NCBI GenBank assembly: GCA_039818205.1
Contig: JBCBUK010000008.1
Span: forward strand, 96,001-160,000
Length of the DNA stretch: 64,000 bases
Direction of reading: 5' to 3'
Source of the DNA: Verrucomicrobiota bacterium
Lineage (GTDB): Bacteria; Verrucomicrobiota; Verrucomicrobiia; Opitutales; Cerasicoccaceae
Shown here: positions 61,549 through 64,000 of the stretch, one piece after another
Numbering within the stretch: the first letter of the stretch is position 1
How the letters are laid out: every line of letters begins with the position of its first letter
Notes under the pieces: generated by a model
What the model was told of the DNA's origin: nothing
Seen by the model: the letters and a program-made list of their open reading frames with translations, nothing else
The model's database searches: none
Program-made: the position numbers and the translations under genes

Positions 61549-62883
61549 ATGCGCACACAACGAACCATCTTATCGGCTCTATTCGGTCTTACCCAGTTCG
61601 TTGCAGTGGGAAACTCTGGTGTCTATTCCCTTGGCCTTTCCGACAACGAGAACGTTCACGATTCTCCCATCCCTGGCTTTGTTGGCCCAGAGGGTGAAGG
61701 TATTGTACCAACGGAAGTCTCTGAGGATTCAAACGTCGTTAACCCCATTTTCCTGTCATGGGCAGACACCGTGATCGACTATTCTCCGGCTCTCGGAGAA
61801 GTCGCTCCGGGTTTTGAATCAGTTCGCGAGCCACTTTTCAAGGACCCTGCAGCCGCTCTAGGTCCTGTCACTGGGCTTCAAGAGTACGATGTGGTATCCC
61901 TGGGCGAGCTTAATGAAGCGTCGATCTTAGCCGGAGATCAACCGGGCATGTTGACGGTTGCTTTTTCGGAACCCATCGTCGATGGCACCGGAGCAGACTT
62001 TGTTATATTCGAAAACGCTATTATCCTATCAATTCTGGACACCGGAGGAGCCGGAATCGGCGGCATCTGGACTGAGCTTGCCTACGTCGAAGTTTCAAGC
62101 AATGGAACGGATTTTGCACGTTTTCCGGCGCATACTCCCGGGCTCAGCATCGTTGGCCCGTATGGCTCAAACGATCCACGAAATATCTACAATTTAGCGG
62201 GCAAACACGTAAACGCTGATGGCGACTCCTGGGGAACTCCCTTTGATCTCAGCGATCTTGAGGATCATCCACTGGTAGTTTCGGGCGATCTCGATCTAGA
62301 TCAGATAACCCAGATTCGCCTCATCGACATTCCCGGGAGTGGCGATTTCCTCGATGCGTTTGGAAACCCGATCTACGATGGCTGGATCACTTACGATACC
62401 GGTGGTGCAGATATCGAAGCCCTCGGAGCGATCAGCCAGAAACAAACCTTTGAGCGTTGGAACAGTAATCGCGGTTTTGAGCCGTTAGGCAATGACGATA
62501 ACGATCAATGGTGTCACCTCCAAGAATATGCGTTTGGCCTCGATCCAGGTCAGTTCGAACAGGGCAACATACCGGATCTTCAAGCCCAACCCGATGGGAA
62601 CTACACCTTGAGCTTTCCTCGAGACGAGCGGATAACCGATATCGACTACGTTGTTGAGCAACAAGGCACAAACTCCCCATCAAACAGCTGGACTGAAATT
62701 GCTCGCTTTTCAGGCTTCGAAGAGCCTGCTATTGACGACAGCGCTATTCTAACGCTAGAAATCAGCTCAACTGCTAACCAAGCCGCCATCGGCGTATTGC
62801 AAAAGATTACCTTGTTGTTGCCTCCCCCATCCGGCCCGGAGTTTGGAGTCTTTTATCGCATTAGATTGGAGGCAACTGAATGA
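61549..62883 (+). CDS. Secreted/cell-surface acidic protein with Verrucomicrobia-type C-terminal domain
   Basis: Signal peptide; VVSLG...PIVDGTGADFVIFENA...ELAYVEVSSNG...GTPFDL; tail EYAFGLDP...FYRIRLE. Confidence 0.7.
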   Translation: MRTQRTILSALFGLTQFVAVGNSGVYSLGLSDNENVHDSPIPGFVGPEGEGIVPTEVSEDSNVVNPIFLSWADTVIDYSPALGEVAPGFESVREPLFKDPAAALGPVTGLQEYDVVSLGELNEASILAGDQPGMLTVAFSEPIVDGTGADFVIFENAIILSILDTGGAGIGGIWTELAYVEVSSNGTDFARFPAHTPGLSIVGPYGSNDPRNIYNLAGKHVNADGDSWGTPFDLSDLEDHPLVVSGDLDLDQITQIRLIDIPGSGDFLDAFGNPIYDGWITYDTGGADIEALGAISQKQTFERWNSNRGFEPLGNDDNDQWCHLQEYAFGLDPGQFEQGNIPDLQAQPDGNYTLSFPRDERITDIDYVVEQQGTNSPSNSWTEIARFSGFEEPAIDDSAILTLEISSTANQAAIGVLQKITLLLPPPSGPEFGVFYRIRLEATE

Positions 62884-63695
62884 ACAAGAAATCTGCGTTT
62901 ACACTAATCGAACTACTGCTCGGAGTAACCATCGTTGGTATTCTCGGAGCTTTGATTATTTCAGCGGTTTCCAGCGCCAGGGAACAAGCATTGGCGGCAG
63001 AGTCGACCAACAATATTCGTCAGCTGACATTGGCTAACCAAGCGTATGCCAGTGACCGTGGGCACTACGTTCCCTACGGAACGACATCGAACAACAACAT
63101 TCGCTGGCACAGCTCGCGGTCCAAGGGGGATTTTGATGGCCAAGGCGGCTACCTGAGCGACTACCTTGAAGGCGGACAAGTCCGCTATTGTCCGGTTCTC
63201 GAGGAGATGCCAAGAGATTCTTCGACACTACCATTTGACGCTGGAGCGGGTGGCTACGGCTACAATGACTTTTATCTGGGGCGGCCCCTACCCGACCAGG
63301 TTCCACCGCGTCAACGGGGTCCTCAACCAAAGGTTCCGCCTCGCGGCAACTGGATTGCAAACATCCCCGATCCAAGCCGAACGGTGATGTTTACTTCAAC
63401 AGCGATTGCCAGGGCTGGCGGCATCGAGGAGACGGATTTGGCGGCGCCCTTCCGGTCCGTGACGCGTTCTGGTTTGGGCGTGCCCATGACACCGACGGTG
63501 CATTTTCGATTCCAAGGCCAGGCGCTCGTTGCCTGGGCGGATGGGCATGTAACCATGGAGATTCCAAATCCAGACGCGCCCATTAAGCACAATGCCTACG
63601 GTGACGACAACGAGGCAAATTCCATCGGCTGGTTCGGTCCCATCGAGTGGAACGGCTATTGGAACCCGCGCTACGGCAACGGGGTCGCCTACTAA
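62880..63695 (+). CDS. Prepilin-type N-terminal cleavage/methylation protein (PVC-type pseudopilin, H-X9-DG-like)
   Basis: A|FTLIELL, SAREQA...NNIRQL, GYGYN, AWADGHV; ATGA overlap with the upstream gene. Confidence 0.9.
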   Translation: MNKKSAFTLIELLLGVTIVGILGALIISAVSSAREQALAAESTNNIRQLTLANQAYASDRGHYVPYGTTSNNNIRWHSSRSKGDFDGQGGYLSDYLEGGQVRYCPVLEEMPRDSSTLPFDAGAGGYGYNDFYLGRPLPDQVPPRQRGPQPKVPPRGNWIANIPDPSRTVMFTSTAIARAGGIEETDLAAPFRSVTRSGLGVPMTPTVHFRFQGQALVAWADGHVTMEIPNPDAPIKHNAYGDDNEANSIGWFGPIEWNGYWNPRYGNGVAY

Positions 63696-63705
63696 GAAAC
63701 GGCGG

Positions 63706-63999
63706 CTAGCTTTTCCGCCATTCCTTCTTCTCCGGGACTGGAAGCCCACGCGCTTCAAAAGCGGTGCGGAAGTGTAATTTCGCGTAGTCTCCGAGCCGGG
63801 CATCACCAAATTTTTCAACGATCTGCTTAGCCTGGCTTTTCACCTTGGCACTCGCGCCCTTCGCGAGCTCCATATCAATCTCTTTGGACAGCTCGGCTAA
63901 CCTCCGGACATACTCCGCACGCGCACAGATCGATGCCGCCGCGACGACGGGGTCTTCTTCCGCCCTTGGGCGCATCCGTAGATCGAAATCCGTTGCCGC
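63706..63999 (-). CDS. rnhC: Ribonuclease HIII, 3' partial
   Basis: AEEDPVVAAASICARA...KGAS...AKLHFRT; frame stays open to the window edge. Confidence 0.85.
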   Translation of the reverse strand, partial: AATDFDLRMRPRAEEDPVVAAASICARAEYVRRLAELSKEIDMELAKGASAKVKSQAKQIVEKFGDARLGDYAKLHFRTAFEARGLPVPEKKEWRKS

Positions 64000-64000
64000 G

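Overview
Gene-dense, non-mobile chromosomal window of roughly 50-55% GC (estimated by eye). Gene content and protein style suggest a Verrucomicrobiota (Opitutae/Puniceicoccales-like), possibly marine bacterium; this assignment is inference. Contents in order: lipB(3' end)-lipA; a divergent ArsR/old-yellow-enzyme pair; argS; dgkA; an orphan pilT; a nitrogen block (candidate sigma54 promoter, two roadblock/LC7-like proteins, a catalytically degenerate NtrC-like regulator, amtB, glnK); PIN/TRAM; a repeat-containing FGE-domain protein; tyrA; aat; rhomboid; pilC-like; gltBD; three tandem SGNH-like paralogs; a nucleotidyltransferase; a CPA2 antiporter; mreBCD; a secreted beta-helix protein; a complete divergent succinate/propionate cluster (mce, Na+-translocating methylmalonyl-CoA decarboxylase subunits, CoA-transferase / mutAB, meaB); a DUF5060-type enzyme; a bioA-B-D-F-(H)-C operon with a BirA box; a surface protein plus pseudopilin pair; and the 3' end of rnhC. 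Best leads: (1) a decarboxylase beta subunit carrying an inserted biotinyl-like domain that lacks the MKM lysine motif, (2) the roadblock pair plus pseudo-ATPase regulator linked to amtB-glnK, (3) the surface protein/pseudopilin pair, possibly for corrinoid capture. No tRNA, rRNA, CRISPR or mobile element was recognised. All family calls come from reading motifs by eye; no searches were run.
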